Source: an uncultured Thermoplasmatales archaeon (GTDB lineage: Archaea > Thermoplasmatota > SW-10-69-26). From it: a stretch of DNA of 64,000 nucleotides. The stretch is from assembly GCA_964581775.1 (NCBI GenBank), contig CAZOQA010000001.1, positions 38,646 through 102,645 of the forward strand, written 5' to 3'. Within the stretch, counting starts at the first letter, position 1; each line of letters opens with the position of its first letter. Positions 47,656 to 59,175 of this stretch are shown in pieces. The position numbers and the translations under genes are program-made. Below the pieces are notes generated by a model, which was not told the DNA's origin, did no database searches, and worked only from the letters and a program-made list of their open reading frames with translations.

Positions 47656-48482
47656 GAGGCACCCTCCACGGCCTCGACCGTGCGCACCACGTCCAACGTA
47701 GCCCCCACGTCGTGCACGCGCAACACATCCACGCCCGTTCGAGCCGCCAACGCGGCCACCGCCAACGAGCCCGGCAACCGCTCCTCCACGTCCCGGTCCA
47801 GAAGCTGACCGAACATGGACTTGCGCGAGACGCCCAACAAGACGGGGTACCCCAACCGGGACAGCCAGCCCGAGGCGCGGATCAGGCGAAGGTTGTGCTC
47901 CAACCGCTTGCCGAACCCGATGCCCGGGTCCACCGTGATGTTGCCCCGCTCGACACCGGCGCTCATCGCGGCCTGGACCCTCTCCAGCAGGAACTCGGCC
48001 ACCTCGGGCACGACCGCCTCATACGAGGGGGCCTCCTGCATCGTCTCCGGCATGCCCCTGCGGTGCATCAACACGAGATCTGCCTCGTGCTCGTGGACGA
48101 CATCCAGAAGCTCCGGATCGTCCCGGCCGGCGCTCGTGTCGTTCACGATGCTGGCACCCGCCTGCAACGCTGCGCGAGCCGTGGAAGCACGGCGCGTGTC
48201 CACGCTGATGGGAACGTCCACTCGCTCTGCGAGCTCCTCCACGACGGGCACGACCCGCTCTTGCTCCTCGTCCGGGGGCACGGGTTTGCTTCCGGGTCGC
48301 GTGCTCTCGCCGCCCACGTCGATCAGATCGGCCCCGGCTTGAGCCATGCGAACGCCCGTTGCGAGGGCCTCTTCCCCGCTGGGCCGCCGGCTGCCGGGGT
48401 AAAAGCTGTCCGGGGTCGCGTTCACGATGCCCATCACGAGCGAGCGGCCCCGAGCTTCGCGCACGCGTCGGATCTCGCCCAT
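47652..48482 (-). CDS. folP: Dihydropteroate synthase
   Basis: MGIVNATPDSF, GGESTRPG, DPGIGFGK, SRK, RVHD. Confidence 0.96.
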   Translation of the reverse strand: MGEIRRVREARGRSLVMGIVNATPDSFYPGSRRPSGEEALATGVRMAQAGADLIDVGGESTRPGSKPVPPDEEQERVVPVVEELAERVDVPISVDTRRASTARAALQAGASIVNDTSAGRDDPELLDVVHEHEADLVLMHRRGMPETMQEAPSYEAVVPEVAEFLLERVQAAMSAGVERGNITVDPGIGFGKRLEHNLRLIRASGWLSRLGYPVLLGVSRKSMFGQLLDRDVEERLPGSLAVAALAARTGVDVLRVHDVGATLDVVRTVEAVEGAS

Positions 48483-48488
48483 GGGTGC

Positions 48489-49778
48489 TCAGTTGATCAG
48501 GTTCGGCGCCACGTCCCGCACGGCGCCGGCCAGGTAGAAGCTTCCGAACGCGAGCACGACGTCCTCGGGGTCCGCGGTGCCGAGCATCGTCTTGAGCGCC
48601 GTCTCGAGGTTGTGGACCGTGCGCACTCTGGAGCAGTGCCGGTTCGCTTCGCCCGCGAGCGCTTTCGCGTTCAGCCCCCGTTCGCCGCTGCCGGGGGGCT
48701 TGGTCACGAACACCTCTCGGGACTCGGGCGCGAGGATCTCCATCATGGTGGAGTAGTCCTTGTCGCGCAGGGACCCGAACATGATGTAGTACTCCTCGAA
48801 GTCCTGTTCCTGGAGGAAGGTTCGAAGCGTGCGCACCGCGTCCGGGTTGTGGGCGCCGTCCACGATGAACGCCGGGTTCTTCTGCAGCACCTCCATGCGG
48901 CCCGGAAGGAAGGTCTCCTCGATGCCCTGGGTGATGGCCTCGTCTGGAGCGTCTAGGCCTTGCTCGCGCAGGATGTCGAACGTGTGGATCGCGATGGCAG
49001 CGTTCGAGGCCATGTGCTGGCCCGGCATCCGGCTGGTGATCTCGCCGTAGCCCTTCTCGGGCAGGGTGAAGGTGATCCCGTCGAGCGAGTGCTCTTGGAT
49101 CTCGGGGCGGCCCAGCGAACGAAGCACCTTGAGCGGAGCCCGTTGCTTGGCGGCCTCGGACCACACCGCCTTCAGGGCGAGGCCTTCTGCCCCGGTCACG
49201 ACGGGGACGCCGTTGCGCATGACGCCCGCCTTCTCCCGCGCGATTTGCTCGTCCGTGTCCCCGAGCTGTTGCGCGTGTTCGATGCCCACGTTCGTGATGA
49301 CGGTCACGGCGGGGTCTTGCAGCACGTTCGTGGCGTCCTTGGCGCCGCCCAGGCCCACCTCGATCACGGCGTAGTCTACGTCGACCTCGGCGAAGTGCAC
49401 GAACGCCATCGCGGTGAGCGCCTCGAAGTAGGTCGGTTCGAGCTCTTTGGCCTCGGCTACGTCCAGGACGTGGTCGGCCAGCTTCGTGAACCGGTCCTCG
49501 TCGATGGGGTCCGCGTCGACGCGGATGCGTTCGGTGACCTCATGCACGTGGGGGCTTGCGTAGGTGCCCACGGTCTGACCGGCCTCGACGAGCATCGAGG
49601 AGAGGTATGCGCACACGGAGCCCTTCCCGTTCGTGCCGGCGACGTGCACGGCCTCGAGGGAGCGTTGAGGGTTCCCGAGCGCGTCGAGGAGGGCCTCAAT
49701 CACGTCGAGCTCCAGGTTCATGTCTCGGTCTTTGAGCGCGTCCAACCGCTCGGTGAGGGAGTGTTGCTCGGCCATCAC
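48489..49778 (-). CDS. folC: Folylpolyglutamate/dihydrofolate synthase
   Basis: HVAGTNGKGS, SPH, EVGLGG..DATN, DGAHN, GSFYL. Confidence 0.95.
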   Translation of the reverse strand: MMAEQHSLTERLDALKDRDMNLELDVIEALLDALGNPQRSLEAVHVAGTNGKGSVCAYLSSMLVEAGQTVGTYASPHVHEVTERIRVDADPIDEDRFTKLADHVLDVAEAKELEPTYFEALTAMAFVHFAEVDVDYAVIEVGLGGAKDATNVLQDPAVTVITNVGIEHAQQLGDTDEQIAREKAGVMRNGVPVVTGAEGLALKAVWSEAAKQRAPLKVLRSLGRPEIQEHSLDGITFTLPEKGYGEITSRMPGQHMASNAAIAIHTFDILREQGLDAPDEAITQGIEETFLPGRMEVLQKNPAFIVDGAHNPDAVRTLRTFLQEQDFEEYYIMFGSLRDKDYSTMMEILAPESREVFVTKPPGSGERGLNAKALAGEANRHCSRVRTVHNLETALKTMLGTADPEDVVLAFGSFYLAGAVRDVAPNLIN

Positions 49779-50428
49779 GATGTCACCTCAGGCACGAGGA
49801 GGCGTTGGTCAGGGAGATCCACGTCGCCTTTGATGCGGGCTTGGTCCCCGTCCACGTGGACGCGGCCTTCCGCGAAGAGACGAACGCTTGCGGGCAGGAT
49901 CTCGTGCTCGGTCTCGAGGATGCGCTGGGAGAGCGACTCCTCGGTGTCGTCGGGGTGCACCGGGACGGCGGACTGCAGAAGGATGGGGCCATCGTCCACG
50001 TCCGTGGTGACGATGTGCGTGGAGGCGCCCGCGATGCGGACGCCTGCCTCGAGCGCCTGCCGTTGCGCGTCCAGCCCCTTGAAGGAGGGTAAAAGCGAGG
50101 GATGAACGTTGATGATGCGGCGTGGGTACGCGGAGACGACCCGTTCCGATAGGATGCGCATGAACCCGGCCAGCACGACCAGCTGGGTCCCCTCCTCGTC
50201 CAGGATGCGAACGAGCTCGTCCTCGAACGCTTCCTGGGGCCTCCCGTTCGGGTCCACGAAGCGAGCCTTCACCCCGAACCGTTCGGCTCGGTCCAGCGCG
50301 GTTGCGTCCTCGTTGTCGCTGAGCACGGTCTGGATGCTCGCGGGACCCAGGCGGTCCTCACGCTGGGCCTCCAGCAGAGCCTGGAGGTTCGTTCCGCGAC
50401 CGGACGCGAGGACAGCGACGTTGAGCAT
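49775..50428 (-). CDS. purN: Phosphoribosylglycinamide formyltransferase
   Basis: SGRGTNLQAL, LAGFMRIL, NVHPSLLP, D.GPI, EH. Confidence 0.96.
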   Translation of the reverse strand: MLNVAVLASGRGTNLQALLEAQREDRLGPASIQTVLSDNEDATALDRAERFGVKARFVDPNGRPQEAFEDELVRILDEEGTQLVVLAGFMRILSERVVSAYPRRIINVHPSLLPSFKGLDAQRQALEAGVRIAGASTHIVTTDVDDGPILLQSAVPVHPDDTEESLSQRILETEHEILPASVRLFAEGRVHVDGDQARIKGDVDLPDQRLLVPEVTS

Positions 50429-50574
50429 CGAACCTTGACCGGTACACCCTTTAGGCCCATCGACGAATATACGTTTTCCTACTCCAGGGCTCAGAAGCCC
50501 CCTCGTTCACGTGAGAAGGTTTCTCACGCCTTGCGTGGGCAAACCATCATGCCCCCTGCCCCTTATGCCTCGGC

Positions 50575-52155
50575 GTGGGCATCGACCAGGTCGACCTGAA
50601 CACGTTCCTCGAGGAGGGCCTCCCGGAGGCGCCCGACGACGTCACGCCCGAGACGGGCACCGTCGAGCACGCCATGATCGAGCCCGGCACCCTGGAGGAC
50701 CGACCCTACCAGCGCGATCTCGCCGAAGCCTGCCTGGGTCATCGAAGCCTCATCGTGCTCCCCACTGGCCTCGGGAAGACCATCGTGGCGCTGCGAGCCG
50801 CGGCCGAGCTCCTGCAGCGGCGAGCCGGGAAGATCGTCATGCTCGCCCCCACCAAGCCGCTCGTCCGACAACACGAGGACACCTTCTCCACGTTCCTACG
50901 AGCCCGCGACATTGCCTCCGTAAGCGGCTCGATCCCACCCGACAAGCGCGCGTCCATCTTCCACGACAACCGCGTGATCCTCTCTACGCCCCAAGGCTTC
51001 CGGAACGACCTGGAGGCTGGACGCATCACGCTCGAGGACGTCGCGCTCTTGATCATCGACGAAGCCCACCGCGCCGTCGGCGGCTACGCGTACGTGCCCA
51101 TCGGGCAACGCTTCCTTGAGGACAGACCCGACGGGACCCTCATCGGGCTCACCGCCAGCCCGGGCGGGGACCGCGAACGCATCCAAGAGGTCGTCGACCA
51201 CCTCGCCATCACGAACGTGGAAGGACGCGACGCGGACGACCCCAGCGTGCAACCCTACGTGAAAGAGACCCGCGTCAAATGGGTCCGCGTGCCTCTTGAC
51301 GAGACGCTTGAAGGCATCCGCTCCAAGCTGCAACAGGTCGTTGACGAGCGCGCCGAGACGCTCAAACGCGCCCGCTACCTCCCCCCCAAACCGTACGTCT
51401 CTCGCAAGGACGCGATCAAGGCCGGCAACAAGATTCGCGCCGAACTCGACAACGCCCGCAACAAGGGCCCGCTGTTCGGGATGCTGCACAACCAAGGCGT
51501 CGTGATGCAAGGCCTGCACGCGCTCGAGCTCGTCGAGACGCAAGGCATCCAACCTCTCCGTGACTACCTGACCCGTCAGTCCAAGGACCCTGGCTCGAAA
51601 GCCGCGCGCTCGTTCCTCGGGGACCAACGCGTCGCCGACGTGTTCGCCCAGGTCAAGGACCACGAAGGGCCCAGCCACCCCAAGATCAAGGCCCTGATCC
51701 AGGTCCTCGAGCGCGAGATCGACCAGAACCCCGACGGGCTGATCATCGTGTTCGCCCAGTACCGCGACACCATCCGCTCCATCGTGGGCGCGCTCGAAGA
51801 GGTCGGAATCCGCGCCGAGAAGTTCGTCGGGCAAGCAGACCGAGACGGCGACGACGGCATGTCACAAGACGAGCAGGAGACCGTTCTCGACCGGCTCCGC
51901 GAGGGCCGGTTCCGCGTGCTCGTGGCCTCCAGCGTCGCCGAGGAAGGGCTCGACATCCCCAGCGTGGACCTCGTCGTCTTCTACGAGCCCGTGCCCAGCG
52001 AGATCCGGCTGATCCAACGCCGCGGACGAACGGGTCGACAGCGACTGGGCCGGATGGTCGTGCTCCTCGCTGAGGACACCCGAGACGAGGCCTTCATGCA
52101 CGCTGCGCAAAGCCGCGAGAAGAAGATGCGCCGGCTCGTGCGCGACCTCGAGTGA
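50575..52155 (+). CDS. hef: Hef/FANCM-like DEAH helicase, helicase-only form
   Basis: RPYQ, PTGLGKT, DEAHRAVG.YAY, TASPG, EEGLDIP, QRRGRTGR; no ERCC4 nuclease domain. Confidence 0.92.
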   Translation: MGIDQVDLNTFLEEGLPEAPDDVTPETGTVEHAMIEPGTLEDRPYQRDLAEACLGHRSLIVLPTGLGKTIVALRAAAELLQRRAGKIVMLAPTKPLVRQHEDTFSTFLRARDIASVSGSIPPDKRASIFHDNRVILSTPQGFRNDLEAGRITLEDVALLIIDEAHRAVGGYAYVPIGQRFLEDRPDGTLIGLTASPGGDRERIQEVVDHLAITNVEGRDADDPSVQPYVKETRVKWVRVPLDETLEGIRSKLQQVVDERAETLKRARYLPPKPYVSRKDAIKAGNKIRAELDNARNKGPLFGMLHNQGVVMQGLHALELVETQGIQPLRDYLTRQSKDPGSKAARSFLGDQRVADVFAQVKDHEGPSHPKIKALIQVLEREIDQNPDGLIIVFAQYRDTIRSIVGALEEVGIRAEKFVGQADRDGDDGMSQDEQETVLDRLREGRFRVLVASSVAEEGLDIPSVDLVVFYEPVPSEIRLIQRRGRTGRQRLGRMVVLLAEDTRDEAFMHAAQSREKKMRRLVRDLE

Positions 52156-52184
52156 CGCCGTGCGCCCTCCTGACAGCCCGGCTC

Positions 52185-52200
52185 CAAACGCTTTTAACCC
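52185..52200 (+). promoter_or_regulatory. BRE/TATA-like element upstream of tRNA-His
   Basis: AAACGCTTTTAACCC about 45-50 nt upstream of the mature tRNA. Confidence 0.6.
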
Positions 52201-52243
52201 GGATGCGGGTTCGGGTCTTCGCCGCGTAACCGCGGCACACCCT

Positions 52244-52316
52244 GGCCCGCGTAGGGTAGAGGTCATCCTCACGGCCTGTGGAGCCGTGGAGGCGGGTTCG
52301 ATTCTCGCCGCGGGCC
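52244..52316 (+). tRNA. tRNA-His(GTG) with genome-encoded G-1
   Basis: Acceptor GCCCGCG/CGCGGGC, anticodon arm ACGGC-CTGTGGA-GCCGT, T loop TTCGATT; G at 52244 opposite the C discriminator. Confidence 0.95.
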
Positions 52317-52346
52317 CTCAACATACCCCCAGCGGGGGCTCTTGGC

Positions 52347-52568
52347 TCACGTCTTCGCGAACACCAGGCCCGCGTCCCCATCCTCCGTGACCGGGACCGG
52401 CGCGTACTCGGCAGGATCCCACACGTACGCGCCCCCCACCTCGACGTCCACGTGGCTCAACACCCGCCGGTTCAACCAGGCATCGCGGGCGTAGCCCTGA
52501 GCGTTGTCCTGGTAATGTTGACCCGGCGCAACGGACGAATCCGCGTCGAAAGGAGCATTGGACGCCAT
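52347..52568 (-). CDS. Hypothetical 73-aa protein
   Basis: ATG preceded by GGGGAGG; acidic, with coding-like codon use. Confidence 0.55.
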   Translation of the reverse strand: MASNAPFDADSSVAPGQHYQDNAQGYARDAWLNRRVLSHVDVEVGGAYVWDPAEYAPVPVTEDGDAGLVFAKT

Positions 52569-52644
52569 CTGATCAGGCCTCCCCTACGCGTCTCTTCTCC
52601 ATCCCTCATGAAACCTCTGTCAGGACCATCGAATCGTTGCATGA

Positions 52645-54948
<2,304 letters not shown>

Positions 54949-54951
54949 GCA

Positions 54952-55503
54952 TCAGCCCCGGTGGAGGGCTTCGTCCCGGTTGTCAGGGGATGCGTCCGTG
55001 CTGGTGACATCTTGGAGCCGTTGGACCCCGTCGACCGTTTCGATGACGCGCGCGACGGCGTCTGGGACCAGCTCCTTCCAGCAGCCGTCGTCGCGCACCA
55101 TGCGGTTGCGAACGCGCGTGGCCTCGTACCGGTCTCGTTCGACGAGATCGAACGATCGCACCTCGTACCCGGCTTCCCGGAACAACCGCGTGGGCAGCGG
55201 GTTGTTCATGTAGCACACATCGAAGGGGGGCACGAACGTTTCCACGTGGCTGACCCACAACGAGTTGCGGTGGATGTCGGGTACGGGGATGATGGTGGCT
55301 TCGAGGCCTGCCTCGACGAGGCTTTCTTCGATCATCCACACGCGCTCGCCGGCCGTGAAGGGGTTCTCGAAGCTGTGGGAGTATTGGCTGGATCCGACCA
55401 CGATGAGCAGCCGGGCCACCTCGCTCGTGATGTCCTCGATCACGCTCATGTGGCCCTTGTGTAAGGGTTGGAAGCGTCCGAGGAACAAGGCGCGGGCGCC
55501 CAT
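54952..55503 (-). CDS. nadM: Nicotinamide-nucleotide adenylyltransferase (archaeal)
   Basis: GRFQPLHKGH, GS, NPFTAGER, W.ELVP. Confidence 0.94.
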   Translation of the reverse strand: MGARALFLGRFQPLHKGHMSVIEDITSEVARLLIVVGSSQYSHSFENPFTAGERVWMIEESLVEAGLEATIIPVPDIHRNSLWVSHVETFVPPFDVCYMNNPLPTRLFREAGYEVRSFDLVERDRYEATRVRNRMVRDDGCWKELVPDAVARVIETVDGVQRLQDVTSTDASPDNRDEALHRG

Positions 55504-55566
55504 CGTCTCGGCCAGGCGACCGGTGATAGAAACCTGCTTCGGAACCGCGCCCGGTTGGAGCCCGGG

Positions 55567-55995
55567 TCAGGGTCGAATCACGAGCTCGTACGTGGCGACC
55601 GTGGCTCCGTCTTCGTCGGTGACGATGACCTCGAACTCGTCGCCGGGTTCAGCCACGGTCCCCGAGGAGGATGAGGTCCACGTGAACACCGCGTTCGAGG
55701 CGGACCCGGAGAGCGGTTCCTCGGCCACGACCACGTCGTTTTTCAGCACGAGGCCGTGGTAGACGGGCTGCGATCGGTCCAGATCGAGGGCCGTTTGCGG
55801 GGCATCCTCTTCCCACCAGGCGTCCGCTTGGGAGAGGTCTCCGCTGGTCAGCACGATCTGCATGACGATGCCGCCGGAGCCCTCGCTGGCGTGCAGCTCG
55901 GAGCGGGTGTCGGTGGAGGCGATGCAGCCGGCCGTGAGGCTGGCCAGGGTCAGGCAGGTGGCGGCTGCGAGAGCCCGGCGTGTCGACGATCGCAC
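55567..55995 (-). CDS. Hypothetical lipoprotein
   Basis: RR + hydrophobic stretch + LTAGC lipobox; start uncertain (55995 or 56022). Confidence 0.65.
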   Translation of the reverse strand: MRSSTRRALAAATCLTLASLTAGCIASTDTRSELHASEGSGGIVMQIVLTSGDLSQADAWWEEDAPQTALDLDRSQPVYHGLVLKNDVVVAEEPLSGSASNAVFTWTSSSSGTVAEPGDEFEVIVTDEDGATVATYELVIRP

Positions 55996-56071
55996 AAGAA
56001 CCCCGAGCGCGGCACCCGGCATTTAACGGTTGCGCTGGTGTGCCCGTTGCGTCGGGTCGTCCCTGATAAGG

Positions 56072-58114
56072 TTAAGCTGCACCCGTCGGTTGTCCGCCGC
56101 CGACGTCGCTTTCTCGCGAGCGTCCGGTGCTCTTCGTGATCGCCTCGGCCAGGCGGGTCATCAGGGATTGCTTCTCCTGGCCCACAAGCACGTGTTCCAT
56201 GACCTCGTCAAGGGTCTCGCAGGGGATGACCTCGATCTTGTCCTGGTACTCCTCGCTCAAGAGCACATCGTCCTCGTTGGCCTTCGGGATCACGACCTTC
56301 TTGATCCCGGCCGCCGCGGCGGACTCGATCTTGGGTGTGACACCGCCGACAGGGAGAACCTCGCCGCGAACGGACAACGAGCCCGTCATGGCCACGGACT
56401 GGTCCACGCCCAGGTCCTCGAGCGCGCTGATCACGGCCGTCGCGACGCTGATGCTCGCGGAGTCACCCTCGACGCCTTCGTACGTGCCGATGAACTGGAT
56501 GTGCACGTCCAGGTCGCTCATGTCCACGCCCGTGTACTTCTTGACGAGGGCGGAGACGTTCTGAACGGCCTCTTCGGCGATCTCGCCGAGCTTGCCGGTG
56601 GCGATGACGCGGCCTTCGTTCTTGCTCTGGGCGGGTGTGACCTCGGCCACGATCGGCAGCATCAGCCCGCTGGGTTCGCCGACTTGGTCTCCGCCCATCA
56701 CGGCGAGCCCGTTGACGCGCCCGATGGCGTCGCCTTCCGTTTTGAAGGATCGGTAGTCCTGTCGGCGCGTGATGGTTTGATCCGCGATCTGTTGCTCGAG
56801 CGAGCGGGAGACGCGCTTGGCCCGTTGGACGTGTTGGCTGGTCACGATGGGGGCCTTCTCTTCGACGGCGACGTCTCCGGCCACGCGGACGAGCCCGCCC
56901 AGCTCGCGCAAACGGAGCGTAAGCCGGCCCTTGCGGCCGCTTCGGCGTTGGGCTTCACGGAGAAGCTCCGTGATGGCACCGGTGTCGAAGTGCGGGATCT
57001 TGCCGTCTTTGGAGACCTCTTGCGCGATGAACCGGACGAGCTTTGCGCGGTTCTCGTGCGTGTCCGGCATGTCCGAGTTCATGTACACCTCGTACCCGTA
57101 CCCGCGGATGCGGGACCGGAGGGCGGGGTGCATGCCTTGGTTGAGCGGGTTCCCGGGTTGGCCCTCGATCGCGTCGAGGTTCCCGCTGGCGACCAGGATG
57201 AAATCGCACGGGACGGCCTCGGTTTTGACCATGGCGCCGCTGGAGCGTTCGGACTGACCGAGGATGCTGAACTCCTTCTCTTGGAGCGCGGTCAACAGCT
57301 GCTGCTGGCTCTCTTGGCGCAGCGTGTTGATCTCGTCGATGAAGAGCACGCCTTTGTGCGCTTTGTGGATGGAGCCGGGTTCGACGCGCTCGTGGGCGGG
57401 GGTCCCGAGGCCGCCGGATTGGAAGGGGTCGTGGCGCACGTCCCCGAGCAGGGCCCCGGCGTGGGCGCCTGTGGCGTCCTCGAACGGGGGTGTGGTTCGT
57501 TTGTCGTTGGCGACGAGCAGCTTGGGCACGCTTTGGGACTCGCGCGAGCCCATCTGTCGCATGACGAGGAACAGGATGGCGGCGGCGATCACGCCCACGA
57601 GGAGCACGGTCACGTCCCGCGTTTGGAGGAAGTAGAGGAACGCGAACGCGCCGATCGCGAGCATGATGAACAGTTGCAGCGTGGCTTTGCGCTCTTCGCG
57701 CTTTTGGGCCTCGGCCTTCTGCGCGTTCACAATCTCTCGGCCTTTTCCCGAGGGGACGACCCGGATGCGGGGGTTGTTCTCGTCGTCCTGGTTGGGGTAG
57801 ACGATGACGTCCTCAAGCTCCTCGGGGGGCAAAAGGGCCGACATGGCTTGCGCCAGCATGGATTTGCCCGTGCCGGGGTCGCCGATCATCATGACGTGGC
57901 GTCGCTGCTCAGCGGCCTTCTTGACCACTTCGACGGCCAGCTCTTGACCGATGACCTGGTCGACGAGCTTGTCGGGGATCTCGATGTCGCTGGTGGACTC
58001 GAAGGATTGCCCTTCCACCCAGTCGTCCACCGGGATCTTGACGACCGCTTCCTGCTCTCGGTCGTCGTCGGCGGGTGGGGCGTCGCCAGGGGGTGTTTGG
58101 TTCGGAGCCATCAA
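56072..58114 (-). CDS. lonB: Membrane-anchored ATP-dependent protease LonB
   Basis: GDPGTGKS, two TM helices, DEIN, GDSAS and VGGVTPK Ser-Lys dyad. Confidence 0.96.
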   Translation of the reverse strand: MMAPNQTPPGDAPPADDDREQEAVVKIPVDDWVEGQSFESTSDIEIPDKLVDQVIGQELAVEVVKKAAEQRRHVMMIGDPGTGKSMLAQAMSALLPPEELEDVIVYPNQDDENNPRIRVVPSGKGREIVNAQKAEAQKREERKATLQLFIMLAIGAFAFLYFLQTRDVTVLLVGVIAAAILFLVMRQMGSRESQSVPKLLVANDKRTTPPFEDATGAHAGALLGDVRHDPFQSGGLGTPAHERVEPGSIHKAHKGVLFIDEINTLRQESQQQLLTALQEKEFSILGQSERSSGAMVKTEAVPCDFILVASGNLDAIEGQPGNPLNQGMHPALRSRIRGYGYEVYMNSDMPDTHENRAKLVRFIAQEVSKDGKIPHFDTGAITELLREAQRRSGRKGRLTLRLRELGGLVRVAGDVAVEEKAPIVTSQHVQRAKRVSRSLEQQIADQTITRRQDYRSFKTEGDAIGRVNGLAVMGGDQVGEPSGLMLPIVAEVTPAQSKNEGRVIATGKLGEIAEEAVQNVSALVKKYTGVDMSDLDVHIQFIGTYEGVEGDSASISVATAVISALEDLGVDQSVAMTGSLSVRGEVLPVGGVTPKIESAAAAGIKKVVIPKANEDDVLLSEEYQDKIEVIPCETLDEVMEHVLVGQEKQSLMTRLAEAITKSTGRSRESDVGGGQPTGAA

Positions 58115-58311
58115 ACGATCCTCGGCGAGCGGGTCGGCGCGTCCTCTCTGTCTCTCGAGAGGGGGCTTTAACCTTCCGACCGCTGCACGTATGAAGTAAC
58201 AGGGCCCCGCATAAAAGCCTTCCAGGCAAGGACGGTCCGCCCACGCGCCCCTCCCGCAAGGGCCGCGCGCGGGCCCGTCGGTTTTAACCGGGCGAGCCTA
58301 TCCCCTCCTCG

Positions 58312-59175
58312 ATGCACGTCACGGCGGCGCCTGGGCGGGCCCTCCTCGCTCAAGAGCTAGCAAGCAAGCTGGATGCGGAGGCTACCACATACGAGCGGTC
58401 CACGTTCCCGGATGGGGAGATCCACGTCCGTCTGGCGGAAGAGGTGGACGGCCCGGTCGTCGTGCTCGCCGACGCCCGGCCCAACGAGCGCTTGGTGGAG
58501 GCTCTGCTGGCCGCGGACGCGGCCTTGGAAGCGGGGGCGAGGGAGCGGATCCTGGCCGTTCCCTACCTGGCGTATGCCCGCCAGGACCGGGTTTTCGAGC
58601 CGGGGGAGGCGGTGAGCGCGAGAGCGGTGAACCGTGCCTTGGGGACCGCTGCGGATGCGCTGTGCACGGTCGACGTGCATGCCGAGGCCGTGTTGGAGCA
58701 TTTCCCGGGCCCGACCGCGGACGCGAAAGCGATCCCGGAGCTTGCCGAGGAGCTTGGCGAGCTCGGGGTCGAGCTCGTGTTGGCTCCGGACGAGGGGGCT
58801 CGCTCCTTGGCCGAGGGCGTGGCTGAGCGGTTGGAGATCCCGCACGATCACCTCGTCAAGACTCGGCATTCGAGCAGGGAGGTCTCGATGGAGCCGAAGG
58901 ATCTGGACGCGAGCGGGGCCCGCGTCGCGATCGTGGACGACATCATCGCGACGGGTGGAACGATGGCCACCGCCACGGGTCATCTGTTGGAGGCGGGCGC
59001 GGAGCGCGTGCTCGTCGCTGCGACACACGGCGTGTTCGCGTCCGGCGCGGACAAGCGCTTGGAGGATGCGGGCGTGGATGAGATCATCGTGACGGACGCG
59101 ATCCCGTCCGAGCGGTCGTCGGTGTCGTGTGCGGGGGCTATCGCGCGCGGCGTATCGCGGCTGTTATCGCGGTGA
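58312..59175 (+). CDS. prs: Ribose-phosphate pyrophosphokinase
   Basis: FPDGE, PYLAYARQD, APDEGA, VDDIIATGGT, THG. Confidence 0.95.
   Translation: MHVTAAPGRALLAQELASKLDAEATTYERSTFPDGEIHVRLAEEVDGPVVVLADARPNERLVEALLAADAALEAGARERILAVPYLAYARQDRVFEPGEAVSARAVNRALGTAADALCTVDVHAEAVLEHFPGPTADAKAIPELAEELGELGVELVLAPDEGARSLAEGVAERLEIPHDHLVKTRHSSREVSMEPKDLDASGARVAIVDDIIATGGTMATATGHLLEAGAERVLVAATHGVFASGADKRLEDAGVDEIIVTDAIPSERSSVSCAGAIARGVSRLLSR

Noticed and set aside
50575..52155. Hef as a truncated pseudogene
   Set aside because: All helicase motifs are intact, and helicase-only Hef is known in Thermoplasma
59138..59175. 38-bp convergent overlap of prs and the peptidase
   Set aside because: Short tail-to-tail overlaps are common in compact genomes
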